A stretch of DNA of 64,000 nt, taken from an uncultured Bacteroidia bacterium. Its GTDB lineage: Bacteria > Bacteroidota > Bacteroidia > J057 > CALAJH01. Below the pieces are notes generated by a model. It saw only the letters and a list, made by a program, of their open reading frames with translations. It searched no databases and had not been told where the DNA came from. The first letter of the stretch is position 1; the number at the start of each line of letters is the position of its first letter. Shown here piece after piece: positions 19,425 to 29,658 of the stretch. The stretch covers positions 100,257 through 164,256 of the forward strand of contig CALAJH010000011.1 in the NCBI GenBank assembly GCA_937922655.1, written 5' to 3'. Both the position numbers and the translations under genes were made by a program.

Positions 19425-22094
19425 TTACCGTATCAATGTGATGCTTCCCGTGCGGTGAAGTTCTCGGTTCGAGCCGTAATAATCCGCGCTGAAAAGATAT
19501 ACGCCTTCGGGACAATCGGCGCCGCTGTCGTTTTTACCGTTCCATTGTACGAAGTCTCCTTTACCGACATCGGATTTAATGGAATATACCCTTGTGCCCC
19601 AGCGTTCGTAAATCGAGACTTCGATTTTTTCGTAGCCTTCGGGAATCGAAAAGGGAAATACGTCGTTGACGCCGTCGCCGTTGGGCGTAAAAACGTTGGG
19701 CAGCCCCGCGTGGACTTTTCGTCGCGGTTTGACCCGCACGCCGATGGTGTCCGTGGTGGTGCAACCGTTGGCGTTCACGGCGGTAACGGTGTAAACGGCG
19801 CTGGCGACGGGCGTGGCGACGACGCTCGTTCCCGTCGAGTCGGAGAGCGTGTTCGACGGCCGCCAATAAAAGGCGACGGCGTTGCCCCGGGCTCGAAGGA
19901 TTGTACCGTCACCTTCTTCGATTTCCGATTTTTCGCTTTCGAGCGTCAATTGGGGCGGCAAAACCACGGCGACGTCGACGGTCAGCGTTTCGGCGCACGC
20001 ACCCGTAATGCATACGCATTGGTAGCTTTGGTCGGCGTCGGGGGAAAACAGGGCGGTGGCGCCGTCGTCGAAGACGGTCAGACTCGGGGCGGGAGTCCAT
20101 TGGTAGCTTTGGGCGCCGGAGAGTTGTACGGTGGCCGTTTCCCCGCGACAAATGGTTTGCCGTCCTTCGGGATTTATCTTTACCCCCGGCAAAAGGGTGG
20201 CTTCGATGACGGCGTTTCCAATGCGTCCGCATCCGTCGCGTACGGTTAGCCGATAATTTCCGCCGACGCCGGTCGTCAAAGAGGCTTCGTTTCCAACCGA
20301 CGTGCCATTGCGTTCCCACAGATATTCGACGGGTTCTTGGGCGCCCGTTACTTCGGCGACAAAAGTCGCCGTTCCCCCGCCGGGGCAAATGTCGGCTTGT
20401 GTCGGCGTAACGTTTACGCTCAACGGCGGCAAATCGCTTTCGGATATCGTCAAACGAAATTCGAGTGAATCGCAACCGTTCGAGGCCCAAAATCCGTATT
20501 CTCCAAACGCCGAAACGGTTTGCGTCGGTCCGTAGGCGTTGGCAAAAGTCGTCGGTCCGAACCAACGATACCTTAATCCCGTAGCCGGCGTATAATTGAC
20601 GACGCTCACGACCGCACCTTGCGAACAGAAGTCTTGCATGTTCACGCCGATACCCAAATTGTCGGGAAGCGGGGCGGGCAAGGCAAGGGAGATGGGTTCG
20701 GAATCGGCAAAACCGCATTCGTTCGTGGAACGCGCAAAAACGGCGCCTGCGGTTGCTTCATCGAGAACGAGCGAATATTGCGTTCCGTTGGCCGCGGACG
20801 AATTGTTGTAAAACCATTCGACTTCCACGTTTGCGGTAAACACTACCGTTTCGCCGGGGCAGGGTTGTGAAGGCGAAACGGAGATTTGGGGCGTTGAGGG
20901 CAAAGTACCGACGGTCAAGGTGCGGGTTTCGGACTCGGCTATGCAACCGTTGAGCGTTCGGGAAAAAGAATACGTTCCGGGGACGTCGGTTTCCCATTCG
21001 GGCGCGACGCCCAAGCTTTCGCCGTTCAAAAACCATTCGATTTCGCCTTCGGATTGGGCGGGGGTCAGTACCGCCGTTTCGCCCGGGCAAATGAAGGCAT
21101 TGAACGGAGCCCATTCGGCCGTCGGCCTTTCGGGAACGCTAACGTCAATGTATTGAGTGGAGCCTTCGAGAAGGCTCTGACAGGCTCCGGATAAAAACAA
21201 TCTGCGTCCGAAACGGTAAACGCCCGGTACGGTGGCGGTAAAGGTTACCCTTGCGGAATCGGGGTGGGGGGAAAGCTCGGGTTCCGTTGCACCCTCGGGA
21301 ACCGAGACCGTAAACCACTGCCCCGAATACGGCGCAACGTTTGAGCCTCGCAAACGTACCGTTCCCTCGCAGGCATCCACCAACGACGAAAGAATATTGG
21401 GAATCGTGGGGGGAACGGGCGGCCTGCAATTGAGCAAGGCGGGGGTGGGGTTACCCGCCCAATCGAAAAGCACGGTTTCGCCGTCTATATTGGAGAGCGT
21501 GTTTGAGATATAGGATACTTCGTCGCAACATTCGGGGGTGGGACAAAAACGAAAGACACGGGGATTGGGATTGCCGGAGTTGGAGAAACGGCCTTGTTCG
21601 GATGTGTTGCTTGCGTACATGAGGTATACGGTATCCATGAGCCCCGAGAAATCGAGGGCGTCGGCGGAAAAAAGGGCGCTGGTTACAAGAATGACCCGGG
21701 CGCCGGCGGGGAGGGTGTAAGGAGGGGTAAGTTGGTCGGACACTTCGACAATTGCGGCGCAATCGGGATACTGCAAATTTGCCCGCCATTGGTCGACAAC
21801 GCTTCCGGTATAAGCGGTGGGTGGGACGAGGTGGTTGGCGTTGTTGGGAAAATTGATAATCGGCGTTTGGGAGAGATAAGCCGGCGACAAATCAATGGAT
21901 TCGGAGCCGACGCGCATAAACACCATTTCGTTCAAGCCTTCGGGTAGATTCTGACCGGTTTGAAGGTTGGGACAAGAATTGACCAAAATCGCTTCGACTT
22001 CAATGCATCCCGGTTCTTGCGCCTTTGTCGTCGCCCATGACCACGGCGCAAGAACCGCTCCCAATAAAATAACAAGTTTTGCCCGGCTCTTCAT
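19425..22094 (-). CDS. T9SS type-B (gliding-motility CTD) substrate; Cys-rich, with Ig/PKD-like repeats
   Basis: Signal peptide; repeated Y.W...G / G.Y.L / NGC units; CTD LPNVFTPNGDGVND...IYERWG...WNGKN...GVYLF...GSITLIR. Confidence 0.92.
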   Translation of the reverse strand: MKSRAKLVILLGAVLAPWSWATTKAQEPGCIEVEAILVNSCPNLQTGQNLPEGLNEMVFMRVGSESIDLSPAYLSQTPIINFPNNANHLVPPTAYTGSVVDQWRANLQYPDCAAIVEVSDQLTPPYTLPAGARVILVTSALFSADALDFSGLMDTVYLMYASNTSEQGRFSNSGNPNPRVFRFCPTPECCDEVSYISNTLSNIDGETVLFDWAGNPTPALLNCRPPVPPTIPNILSSLVDACEGTVRLRGSNVAPYSGQWFTVSVPEGATEPELSPHPDSARVTFTATVPGVYRFGRRLFLSGACQSLLEGSTQYIDVSVPERPTAEWAPFNAFICPGETAVLTPAQSEGEIEWFLNGESLGVAPEWETDVPGTYSFSRTLNGCIAESETRTLTVGTLPSTPQISVSPSQPCPGETVVFTANVEVEWFYNNSSAANGTQYSLVLDEATAGAVFARSTNECGFADSEPISLALPAPLPDNLGIGVNMQDFCSQGAVVSVVNYTPATGLRYRWFGPTTFANAYGPTQTVSAFGEYGFWASNGCDSLEFRLTISESDLPPLSVNVTPTQADICPGGGTATFVAEVTGAQEPVEYLWERNGTSVGNEASLTTGVGGNYRLTVRDGCGRIGNAVIEATLLPGVKINPEGRQTICRGETATVQLSGAQSYQWTPAPSLTVFDDGATALFSPDADQSYQCVCITGACAETLTVDVAVVLPPQLTLESEKSEIEEGDGTILRARGNAVAFYWRPSNTLSDSTGTSVVATPVASAVYTVTAVNANGCTTTDTIGVRVKPRRKVHAGLPNVFTPNGDGVNDVFPFSIPEGYEKIEVSIYERWGTRVYSIKSDVGKGDFVQWNGKNDSGADCPEGVYLFSADYYGSNRELHRTGSITLIR

Positions 22095-22184
22095 CGAATG
22101 TCGTTTACCAATCCCAAAATTGGTTTCAAAAAGTTAATAAATCTTGTTGTATTTGTGAACGATTTGTTAAAGCATTTTCGTAAG

Positions 22185-22586
22185 TCATTTTCTAAACAGG
22201 TAAATCCCTAAAATTACCAGCACGACGGCAAAAAGCTTTTTTACGGGTTGGTCGACGTCGATGTTTAATCCCGGAATGTGGACAAGGTCGGGAAGTTTGT
22301 TAATCCATTTTGAACTGAAATAACTGCCAAACATGACACCGAATCCCAAAATCAGGGCCCAATCGATGCGTGCGTTTCCGACTTTGTAGTATTGGTAGGC
22401 GCCGACGGCGGCAAAAGGAATGGCGAGCATCATGAGCGAGGTGCCTTGGGCCGTTTTTTGCGTTGCGCCCATGATTAACACCAAACCCGGGATGACGATG
22501 ACGCCCCCACCCAAACCAATGGCCCCGCTCAAAAGGCCCGTCAATACGCCCAGCAAAACCAGTTTGACCAAAATATCGATTTCCAT
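22185..22586 (-). CDS. TauE/SafE (sulfite exporter-like) membrane protein, half-size
   Basis: GLLSGAIGLGGGVIVIPGL, AQGTSL; about 4 TM helices; start moved to ATG 22586. Confidence 0.85.
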   Translation of the reverse strand: MEIDILVKLVLLGVLTGLLSGAIGLGGGVIVIPGLVLIMGATQKTAQGTSLMMLAIPFAAVGAYQYYKVGNARIDWALILGFGVMFGSYFSSKWINKLPDLVHIPGLNIDVDQPVKKLFAVVLVILGIYLFRK

Positions 22587-22614
22587 CAACGATTGAATAA
22601 CAATTAAATGAAAT

Positions 22615-23250
22615 TTAAATGAAATTGGGGTTGGATAAATCGGGCAGGAAAAGCTCTTCTTGTTTGGCGCCGGCGAGGTTGCGTTCTCTGCAGGCCTCGT
22701 TAAAGGCACGTCGGGACATCGGCTCGTAGGATTCGCTTTGGCCCAATAGGATGGTCGAATCGCCGGGAGCCTTTCGAAACGAAAAGTGCGCCGGCTCTTT
22801 GGTGCGTACGCATATCGCATGAAGTTTGGTAACGTATTCGGCGATGGCCAAAAGATAAGGCATGGGACCGAAAGGCTTGCCGGTAAAGTCCATGTCGAGT
22901 CCGGCGACGATGACCCGAACGCCCCGATTGGCGAGTTTTGCGGCGGCGTCGCACAAGTCGTCGCCGAAAAACTGCGCCTCGTCGATGGCTACGACGTTCA
23001 ATCCGTCGGACAAATCCAAGATTTTCGAGGCGTGGGTTACGGGAACGGAAGGAAGGGAGGTTCCCAAATGCGAAACGATTTCCGTTTCCGAATAGCGCAC
23101 GTCCATCATGGGTTTGAAAATTTTGACCGTTTGGCCGGCCAGCATCACTTGACGCACCCGCCGAATAAGTTCTTCGGTTTTGCCCGAGAACATACATCCG
23201 CAAATAACCTCGATTCTGCCCTGCGACGGCGGCACCGCGTAAAAATCCAT
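22615..23250 (-). CDS. tdk: Thymidine kinase
   Basis: GCMFSGKTEELIRR, AIDEAQFF, AGLDMDF, KLHAIC, YEPMSR. Confidence 0.96.
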   Translation of the reverse strand: MDFYAVPPSQGRIEVICGCMFSGKTEELIRRVRQVMLAGQTVKIFKPMMDVRYSETEIVSHLGTSLPSVPVTHASKILDLSDGLNVVAIDEAQFFGDDLCDAAAKLANRGVRVIVAGLDMDFTGKPFGPMPYLLAIAEYVTKLHAICVRTKEPAHFSFRKAPGDSTILLGQSESYEPMSRRAFNEACRERNLAGAKQEELFLPDLSNPNFI

Positions 23251-23371
23251 CGTCCGCTTTTGGTTGCAAAGATACGCGCAAAACCGAGAAATCCGCCCCC
23301 CTCAAAGACAAAATTTCTTCATGCAAGGCAAGGTGTTTTTTGTAAAAACAACGCGCCGGAAAACGAACGAG

Positions 23372-24391
23372 TTAAAACACGTCCCAATCGCCGAGGGACA
23401 ACTCCCATGCGTTGGGGTTGTAAACGACGTCGCCGGCGCCGAAGTCCAAAACGAGGTGGCGAAGTGGACGGGGATTGAAACGCGCGGGTACTTTGACGAA
23501 TCCGGCGGCCGTCAGCGGGGCGAGCAAAGCGGATTTTCCGGCGACAAAGACCAAGTCGGCATTTTGGGCCGTTTGGCGCACAAGGCCGGCCAACGTTCGC
23601 GCGTCGCCCGCAAAATCCATCATCAACAGCGCCGGACAACCGAAAAGTACGTCCTTTTTATAAACGACCAACGCTTTTTTCCCTTCGGAACGCAAAAAAT
23701 ACGCCGAATGCTCGCCGGCGGGGCGTTCAAAATAACGCCAATTGAGGTATTGTGCCGAGCGTAGGCGTTGCACGGGCGCGTTTTTTTCGGCGAAAAGCCG
23801 GGCGTGTTCGTCGTCGAAACACGTTACGGGGACGGCTTCTCCCGAGACTTTTATCTTTTTAAGGGACGTAAACGCTTTTATCACCGCTCCCGCCCATGCG
23901 TTGACGATGGGAATTTTCATTTTGGCGTCCAGAACGTTTTTGGGTTTTAACGGCAAAAGATAAACGTCGTAGTCCAAAACGATTTTGTAACCGTTGTATT
24001 TGAGAAAAGTATGAATACTTTTTTCGTTGGGATAAGTGTAAATGAAATCCACGCCGCGTCGGGGCAGGTCGAGGTGGGCGAATTCGGCCAATTTTCTGAA
24101 TTCTCCTTTTCCCCGGGCTTCGGGCACGACGGCCACGTCTTGAATAACCCCCGCCGTTTTGATTTGCCCGTTGACGAGCATTGGGTAGGTGGGGACATGG
24201 TAATAACCGCCAATATTTCCGTTTTCGTCGTGAAGGACGTAGACCCACGAGGGGTTTCGGGCATATTGCCAATCCCAAAATTTGCGGTCGAAAACGGGGG
24301 CTTTATGGGAATCCTCTTGTTGCAGGACGGTTTTTACGGCGGCGACGAGGCGCTCGGGGTCATCCGCGAGCGAGGCGTTCCATCGGGACAT
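23372..24391 (-). CDS. GNAT-family N-acetyltransferase
   Basis: FWDWQY..NP, DVAVVPEARGKGEF (acetyl-CoA motif A), YTYPNEKS, RSAQYLNWRY; start moved to ATG 24391. Confidence 0.8.
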   Translation of the reverse strand: MSRWNASLADDPERLVAAVKTVLQQEDSHKAPVFDRKFWDWQYARNPSWVYVLHDENGNIGGYYHVPTYPMLVNGQIKTAGVIQDVAVVPEARGKGEFRKLAEFAHLDLPRRGVDFIYTYPNEKSIHTFLKYNGYKIVLDYDVYLLPLKPKNVLDAKMKIPIVNAWAGAVIKAFTSLKKIKVSGEAVPVTCFDDEHARLFAEKNAPVQRLRSAQYLNWRYFERPAGEHSAYFLRSEGKKALVVYKKDVLFGCPALLMMDFAGDARTLAGLVRQTAQNADLVFVAGKSALLAPLTAAGFVKVPARFNPRPLRHLVLDFGAGDVVYNPNAWELSLGDWDVF

Positions 24392-25217
24392 GAGGCAAAT
24401 TTTGGCGTTTAAGATACGATTGTAGAACGGCGCCGGCGCCGGCAAAGCGAAACTCTTTGAGCATCGCCCGGGTGTTGGCAAGCGTTTTGGACAAGCGGGT
24501 GTAATGGGTGAAACGGGCTTTGCGTTCCATGGGTATACGTGGATGGCCGGGGTCGTACTCCCACGGATGGATATAAAACATGACGGGCAGGTTTTGGACT
24601 TGGCGCGTGCGAATACCCTTGCGAGTGAAAAAATAAGGCAACAATCGAAAATACGCGCCCCCGACCGCCGGCCTTTTATGTAGAAACGCAAAAGTGGACA
24701 AAGGAAACTCGACAATGTCCGCCTCGGGAACATAATACGGCACGTCGGGTGAGGTGGAAACGCCGTAACGCCACGTTTTGACGGGGCTAATCGAACAGTC
24801 GAGCGTATACCCTTCCTCGCGCAGAATTTGCAACGCCCAAAGACTTCGAGGCGTAACGCTAAAATAAGGGCTTCGATGGGCGCTAACGGCTTGCCCGCTT
24901 ATGTCTTCGACGCGGGCCTTGGTTTCGCGTACTTCGATGCGAAAGGCCTCGGGCGAAAGGTCGTAAACCTTTTCGTGGGTCATGCCGTGGGAACCGAGTT
25001 CATGGCCTCCGGCCGCAATACGCTTGACCGCCTCGGGATAGCGTTCGGCCACCCAACCGAGAATAAAAAATGTACCTTTCGCATCGTACTCCGCCATTAA
25101 GTCCAATAGTGGATACAAACCTTTTTCCAGCCGGCGTTCGTAACGCTCCCACGAATCGAAAGGCAACTCCACGCCGTGGTACCAATCCTCGACGTCCACC
25201 GTAAACGCAAAGTCCAT
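24360..25217 (-). CDS. Polysaccharide deacetylase (DUF3473 / XrtA-locus type)
   Basis: FTVDVEDWY, TFFILGWVAE, GHELGSHG..H, RSPYFS, GGAYFR, FYIHPWEYDP; start moved to ATG 25217. Confidence 0.92.
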   Translation of the reverse strand: MDFAFTVDVEDWYHGVELPFDSWERYERRLEKGLYPLLDLMAEYDAKGTFFILGWVAERYPEAVKRIAAGGHELGSHGMTHEKVYDLSPEAFRIEVRETKARVEDISGQAVSAHRSPYFSVTPRSLWALQILREEGYTLDCSISPVKTWRYGVSTSPDVPYYVPEADIVEFPLSTFAFLHKRPAVGGAYFRLLPYFFTRKGIRTRQVQNLPVMFYIHPWEYDPGHPRIPMERKARFTHYTRLSKTLANTRAMLKEFRFAGAGAVLQSYLKRQNLPHVPMERLARG

Positions 25218-25485
25218 TTTCTTTTGAATTATTGAGGCGAATATACGATTTTTTCCCTTGTATCGGCTTCGGTAATCGGCATATTTTTCTTCAATTCCCA
25301 TAAAATTTGGATACGAATAACAAAGAGAGGTACCGTTCGTTTTTATTGTCGTTGCCGCTAAAAGTCGGCCGTTTGTGAGTATCTTTGCAACCGTTTCTAT
25401 TTGCAAAAAAACATACGTCAAATTTCTGCATTGAAGACGGGGGCGTTTCCCCTGATTAAAAACGCAATTCCTGCCATTTATTTAT

Positions 25486-27237
25486 ATGAAGAAAATATTA
25501 CTCTTTTTTTTATTCGTTTTTTTATTGCCGGTTGCGGCGAACGCGCAAAGCAAGCCCGATTTGCGTACCCCTCACGAAAAAAACGGCGCCAACTACACGG
25601 CCACCCACATTGAAGCCATAGCCTATTACGAACTCTTGGCCAAATATTTTCCCGAAAAATGTACTCTTTTAAAGTACGAAAACGCGACGGACGTGGGCAA
25701 ACCCTTGCATCTTTTCGTCGCGGGGGAAACGAACGTTGTCCGTATTCGCGATACGCCCAAACCCAAAATCATGATTGTCAACGGCATTCACCCCGGAGAA
25801 CCCGAAGGAATCGACGCCGTCATGGCCCTCTGCAGAGACCTTTTGACGAAAAAACGCGAATTGTTGGACCGATTGGTACTTTTGGTCGTGCCGATTTACA
25901 ACGTCGACGGCGCATGCGTGCGCGGCTGTTGCAGTCGCGCCAACCAAAACGGACCCGACGAATACGGCTTTCGCGCCAACGGCCAAAACCTCGACCTCAA
26001 TCGCGACTTTATGAAAGCCGACACCCGCAACGCCAAAACTTTTCAACGTATTTTTCATGCCTTCGACCCCGACGTTTTCATGGACAACCACACCTCCAAC
26101 GGCGCCGACTATCAACATACGGTTACCGTCATCGGCACCCAACACTCCAAACTCACCGAGGATTTCGGGCGTTTCGTCAAAACAGAGTTTGTTCCGGCGA
26201 TGTACAAGGACATGGACGCAAAAGGCTGGCGCTTGGCGCCGTACGTCGTTACCAAAGGTTCCACACCCGACAGCGGAATCGTCGGCTTTTTTGACACCCC
26301 GCGCTTCTCAAGAGGATACGTTGCCCTTTTTAACTCCATCGGTTTTATCACCGAAACCCACATGCTCAAACCTTTTGTCGAACGCGTTCGCGCCACCTAC
26401 GACCTCAACGAAACCCTGCTCCAACAAACCGTAGTTTACGCCGAACGCATCAAAACCCTCCGCAAAAAAAACGAGGTCGAAGACTTTGCCGCGCCTCACC
26501 GCATGGTTTGGAAACGCGACGAAACCCGTGCCGACACCATCGTCTTCGACGGTTATGAAGCCGCTTACCGCACCTCGGCCGTTACCGGTCAACTCCAACT
26601 GTATTACGACCAAACCAAACCCTACACCCGAAAGATACCCTTTTACGACTACTATAATTTCACCATCGAACGCTCCAAACCTTACGCCTATATCGTACCC
26701 CAAGCATGGGAACGCGCCGTCGAAGGACTGAAAAACAACGCCGTACCTATGAAACGCCTCGCCCGCGACACCATCCTTGAAGTCGAAGTTCGGTATATAG
26801 AAAATTTCAAAACCGTTTTGGAACCTTACGAGGGCCATTACCTTCATTACGACGTCCAAACCCGTACTCAAACCGCCCGCGTTCCTTTTTTCAAGGGCGA
26901 TTGGTTCGTCGAGCTTACGCCCCGTTACGCCACGTTTCTCATGGAAGCCCTCGAACCCGAAGCCGACGACTCCTATTTCGCATGGAATTTTTTCGACGCC
27001 TGCCTCATGCAAAAAGAAGGCTTTTCCCCTTATGTTTTCGACACCGTCGCCGAACGCCTCCTCAAACAAAACCCCAACTTAAAAACGGAGTTCGAGCTGT
27101 GGAAACAGATTAACAGCCCTTCGGCTCGAGAACAACTCGACTTTATTTACAAACGTTCCCCGTATTACGAACCTTTCCACAATCGCTATCCCGTCGTTGC
27201 TTTGCCCAAACCAATCGTTTTGCCGTTGACCGATTGA
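25486..27237 (+). CDS. Secreted M14 zinc carboxypeptidase
   Basis: Signal peptide (ANA-Q); NGIHPGE, PIYNVDG, DLNRDF, DNHTSNG. Confidence 0.9.
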   Translation: MKKILLFFLFVFLLPVAANAQSKPDLRTPHEKNGANYTATHIEAIAYYELLAKYFPEKCTLLKYENATDVGKPLHLFVAGETNVVRIRDTPKPKIMIVNGIHPGEPEGIDAVMALCRDLLTKKRELLDRLVLLVVPIYNVDGACVRGCCSRANQNGPDEYGFRANGQNLDLNRDFMKADTRNAKTFQRIFHAFDPDVFMDNHTSNGADYQHTVTVIGTQHSKLTEDFGRFVKTEFVPAMYKDMDAKGWRLAPYVVTKGSTPDSGIVGFFDTPRFSRGYVALFNSIGFITETHMLKPFVERVRATYDLNETLLQQTVVYAERIKTLRKKNEVEDFAAPHRMVWKRDETRADTIVFDGYEAAYRTSAVTGQLQLYYDQTKPYTRKIPFYDYYNFTIERSKPYAYIVPQAWERAVEGLKNNAVPMKRLARDTILEVEVRYIENFKTVLEPYEGHYLHYDVQTRTQTARVPFFKGDWFVELTPRYATFLMEALEPEADDSYFAWNFFDACLMQKEGFSPYVFDTVAERLLKQNPNLKTEFELWKQINSPSAREQLDFIYKRSPYYEPFHNRYPVVALPKPIVLPLTD

Positions 27238-27443
27238 CCTTAAACGCCCGTTTCCGATAAGTTTCGAGCAACGACGGTTTTTAATTTTTGTCCCGTCTTC
27301 GACGCAAATTTTACGGATGTGCAGGTCGAATCTTGGATGCAAAGACTGGTGCGATTCAATTTGGCGTGGGGTTGGGGGAACGTTGTGCCAAGCTTGAAAG
27401 CAAGCGCTTGTGTTTCTCGGCTTGTCGGAGTCGAACGTACGGT

Positions 27444-28406
27444 TTACGCCCAAACGTATTTTTCTATCAGGTATTTGGTGGTCGAAGGCAGGGCGCGGAA
27501 AAAATAACGGTTGAGTTCGACGCCGAAGGACGGATTCATGTAACAATTGACGGCGCAACCTTCGCATTCGGGGAGTTTTCCTTCGGTTTGCCGCCACTTT
27601 CGCGCCTCGTCCGAATGCCAAACCTCGTAAAGCCGCCCCGCAATCGGCAAAGCCTTGACGCCCAAATGGTAACACGGCATCACCAAGGTGTTTTCGGGGG
27701 AAACAACGACGGTGGACGTTCCCGCACGGCAAACGGGACGGTCGATTCTGTTGCCTCCGTCTTCGCGCAAATCCAAAAACGCCGTATTCAGGTAAACGTC
27801 GCGTTTTTTCGACCAACGTCGCAAGAGCGCAAAATGTTCGAACGACAAACTTTCGCCCACGTCGTTGTACGCGAATATCGGATTGAGAATCAAAATCAAG
27901 TGATTGGGGCGGCAAATTTCTTCGTACACCCGTTCGATATGCGAAACGTTGTCGTTTTTGACGGTAAAAAGTATGTCCGGGCGTTCGCCGAGGGAAAGCG
28001 CGATGCGTATGCTTTCCAAAACAAAGTCGAAGCACGGAACGCCCCGGACGGCGTCGTGAAGCTCTTTATCGGCGTAATCCAACGAAAAGTGGAGCATATC
28101 CACGTTTTTGGCGAGGGCATGGGCGTTTTTGGGATAGAGTAGGGCGTTGGTCGTGAGCGTGGTAACAAAACCCATGGTTTTAGCGAGGCGGCAAAATTCC
28201 GCGGCTTGTCGGTGCAAAAGCGGCTCGCCGCCCGTAAAGTCGATGATTTTTACGCCCAAGCGTTTGAGGTCGCGCAAGTTCGCCACGACGGCTTCTCGGT
28301 CCGCGTAGGGCGACGGTTTTTCCCAAATGTCGCAAAACGAACATTTGGCGTTGCAACGGTAGGTCAAATAATAGTTGCAAAGTACGGGTTTTGAACGCAA
28401 AAGCAT
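27444..28406 (-). CDS. Radical SAM protein with SPASM/twitch domain
   Basis: CNAKCSFC (CxxxCxxC), FTGGEPLL, TTNA; C-terminal CRAG...PCY...CEGCAVNC; start moved to ATG 28406. Confidence 0.9.
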   Translation of the reverse strand: MLLRSKPVLCNYYLTYRCNAKCSFCDIWEKPSPYADREAVVANLRDLKRLGVKIIDFTGGEPLLHRQAAEFCRLAKTMGFVTTLTTNALLYPKNAHALAKNVDMLHFSLDYADKELHDAVRGVPCFDFVLESIRIALSLGERPDILFTVKNDNVSHIERVYEEICRPNHLILILNPIFAYNDVGESLSFEHFALLRRWSKKRDVYLNTAFLDLREDGGNRIDRPVCRAGTSTVVVSPENTLVMPCYHLGVKALPIAGRLYEVWHSDEARKWRQTEGKLPECEGCAVNCYMNPSFGVELNRYFFRALPSTTKYLIEKYVWA

Positions 28407-28410
28407 GGCG

Positions 28411-29529
28411 TCAATGGGTTTTTCCTTTCCAAACAACTTTTTGCCTCGTCAAAAAATAAAGCGGAAGCGTCAATACCAACGCCGAAAAATAAACGAAATA
28501 TGCCGGCACGTAGAGCGTCAGTCTCGGGCGACCCAAAGCCGAAGACGCAAGGGCGACAAAAATCGCGTCCGCCGCGAACTTGGCCGTCAACAGCGCCAAC
28601 CACATCTCAAAAGGCCAAACAAAATATCCGCCAATCAAAAACGGGGTGGTAAAGGCGATAACGGTGAACATCGCCGTGGCGTACCACGGACCGTGTTTTC
28701 CGCCTTGAAACCAACGGTTGCGCTGGCGCAAAAAACTTTTTCGGTCGGTGACGGGCCACGTCGCGTTCAGAATTTTCGGGTTGTACAGCATTTTATGGCG
28801 CATACCCTTTTTGACGACGGCCTCCATGAGTTTGTAGTCTTCGGTAACGGAAAAGGGTACGGACTCGTAGCCGCCGACGGCGTCGTAAGCGGTGCGGGTG
28901 ATGGCGGTGTTGTTGCCGTTGGCGGTGATGGGTTTGCCGAGCGCGTCGAAGGCTTTTATCGTCGCCATGCCGCCCAACCAATCCAACGCCTGCATCCTCC
29001 CCCACAAACCCTCGTCCCGTACGAGCGTGGCTCCCGAAACCATCGCGGGTTTTTGGCCGTAATGCGGAACATCGAAGCCCGCAACCATTTGTGCGGCCCA
29101 CGTCGGGTCGTGGGTAACGTCGGCGTCGGTAATCAACAGTATTTCCCCCGTCGCTTGCCGGGCCAGTTGCGCCAAAACGTTTTGTTTGAACTTAATTCCC
29201 GGCCAATCCTCCGTAATTTCGACCAGCGAAAAATGGGTTTTGTCGGCAATGAAATCCTTGACGATTTTTGCCGTCGCGTCTTCGGAACGGTCGTTGCCGA
29301 TTAATATTTGCGTCAATTCTTTGGGGTATTCTTGGGCGTCGAGGCTCTGTAAACATTCCAAAATATGGTCTTGTTCGTTGCGGGCGGCAACCAGAATCGT
29401 AATTTTTTTGTCGCGACGGGTACGGTAAGCGTCGGCGGTCAATACGCACGCCCATGCGATGAATATTTGCAGGGCGCAATAGACTACAACCGTTATCGCC
29501 GCCACATTTTCGTATATCGTTTCGAGCAT
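28411..29529 (-). CDS. Membrane-bound family 2 glycosyltransferase
   Basis: VAARNE, NDRSED, TDAD, TED, QRNRW (D,D,D,QxxRW); N- and C-terminal TM helices. Confidence 0.92.
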   Translation of the reverse strand: MLETIYENVAAITVVVYCALQIFIAWACVLTADAYRTRRDKKITILVAARNEQDHILECLQSLDAQEYPKELTQILIGNDRSEDATAKIVKDFIADKTHFSLVEITEDWPGIKFKQNVLAQLARQATGEILLITDADVTHDPTWAAQMVAGFDVPHYGQKPAMVSGATLVRDEGLWGRMQALDWLGGMATIKAFDALGKPITANGNNTAITRTAYDAVGGYESVPFSVTEDYKLMEAVVKKGMRHKMLYNPKILNATWPVTDRKSFLRQRNRWFQGGKHGPWYATAMFTVIAFTTPFLIGGYFVWPFEMWLALLTAKFAADAIFVALASSALGRPRLTLYVPAYFVYFSALVLTLPLYFLTRQKVVWKGKTH

Positions 29530-29658
29530 CGAAGAGCTTCGCGGTTATGGATATGCAAATATACGCGGATAACCCGAATAACGGCGGCGCCGGCGTTCAT
29601 ATCGGCGAAAATATCCCGTTTCGAAACTAGATTGCCCAAAAGTCGGTTTTATGAGTTG

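Noticed and set aside
22185-22586. TauE gene as a truncated pseudogene
   Set aside because: Half-size four-TM TauE proteins are a known form and the ORF is intact
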